A stretch of DNA of 64,000 nucleotides from Mytilus californianus (taxonomy: Eukaryota). The stretch spans positions 8,494,001 to 8,558,000 of the forward strand of contig NW_026262637.1 of assembly GCF_021869535.1 (NCBI RefSeq), in the 5' to 3' direction. Positions 63,290 through 64,000 of the stretch are shown one piece after another. The position numbers were made by a program, and so were the translations under genes. Numbering within the stretch: position 1 is the first letter of the stretch; each line of letters opens with the position of its first letter. Under the pieces are notes generated by a model. The model did no database searches. It saw only the letters and a program-made list of their open reading frames with translations, and had not been told where the DNA came from.

Positions 63290-63960
63290 AAAAGGACGAG
63301 ACGTTCTTTGACATTCCCCTGGTTCATCAATTTTCTGCTCAGACACTGGAACCGTTTTACAAAGTCTGAGTAGTTGCTGCATGCTCTTGATTACCGAATA
63401 AGTTGAGAAATGTATATCCCATATGCAGATGAAGCTGGTATATTGCTACTAAGGTGGGAGAAATTGATAATTTCAAAATTAAAATCGTCTCGTTTGTCAT
63501 AGATTCTGGTACTGAGATGACCATGTATGTCAAATTCCAGGTATAGATCTAAAACTGAGGCGGAGGAAGCCGTGTCTGTTGTTTTTTTAATTTCTAGTTC
63601 TGGTGGTTATATTAATGGAAAAGTTTGGATTGTTAATGGAAAGAAAATCATCAATATATCTGAATGTGAAATTAAATGACCTGGCGTCTTTGATCTTCTT
63701 GTTTTGATAAGTATCTGAAGGAATTCGGATTCGGAAGAGGTCGACAAGGAGAGGCGCACAGTTCGTTCCAGTAGGAATGCCGACAATTTGTTGAAAAATT
63801 CTACCTCCAAATTCAAAAAATATGTTGTCAATATAAATTTCCAGCATATTGATCACTTTTTCTTCTGTGTAGCATAATAGGGTGTCCAGTATCAAAGAAG
63901 ACGTCTAGTTAACGAGTTTAAGTTAACGGATAACACACGGCTATATTTATATGCAAACTA
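63290..63960 (-). mobile_element. Penelope-like RT fragment including the catalytic YIDD motif
   Basis: IDNIFFEFGGRIFQQIVGIPTGTNCAPLL.DLF and FNFTFRYIDDFLSINNPNF; frameshifted. Confidence 0.85.
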
Positions 63961-64000
63961 TTGGAAAATCATTATACTTTCCAATCATGAATGTCGTCGT

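Overview
AT-rich eukaryotic genomic DNA with GT-AG introns. The repeat families look like those of a mussel (Mytilus-like bivalve); this assignment is an inference from repeat recognition. The window is mostly nested mobile DNA. (1) A complete 16.7-kb animal CACTA/EnSpm-type DNA transposon (43457-60170) has CCCAC termini, a TT target duplication and AACGTT subterminal arrays. Its exon phases predict two proteins from one transcript: an intact ~668-aa transposase when exon 49213-51189 is included, and a ~599-codon RS-rich/DUF4806-type protein when it is skipped. The second reading frame carries one in-frame TAA in this copy. (2) An ~880-bp retroposed insert (1352-2230, minus strand) has a poly(A) tail, a 17-bp TSD and an intact 251-aa orphan ORF. 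It sits inside a BEL/Pao LTR. (3) An internally deleted BEL/Pao LTR retrotransposon (16805-21044) may have had its 5' LTR displaced by a 14.5-kb block. (4) Three in-phase exons encode a divergent caspase-fold protease with SHG and DACRT motifs (34041-41723). (5) The rest comprises Helentron/HINE-like elements (one with a hierarchical 134/268/804-bp satellite array), MITEs, a V-SINE, a LINE 3' fragment and Penelope-like RT fragments. No rRNA, tRNA or CRISPR locus was found. All family assignments come from motif recognition by eye, with no database searches.
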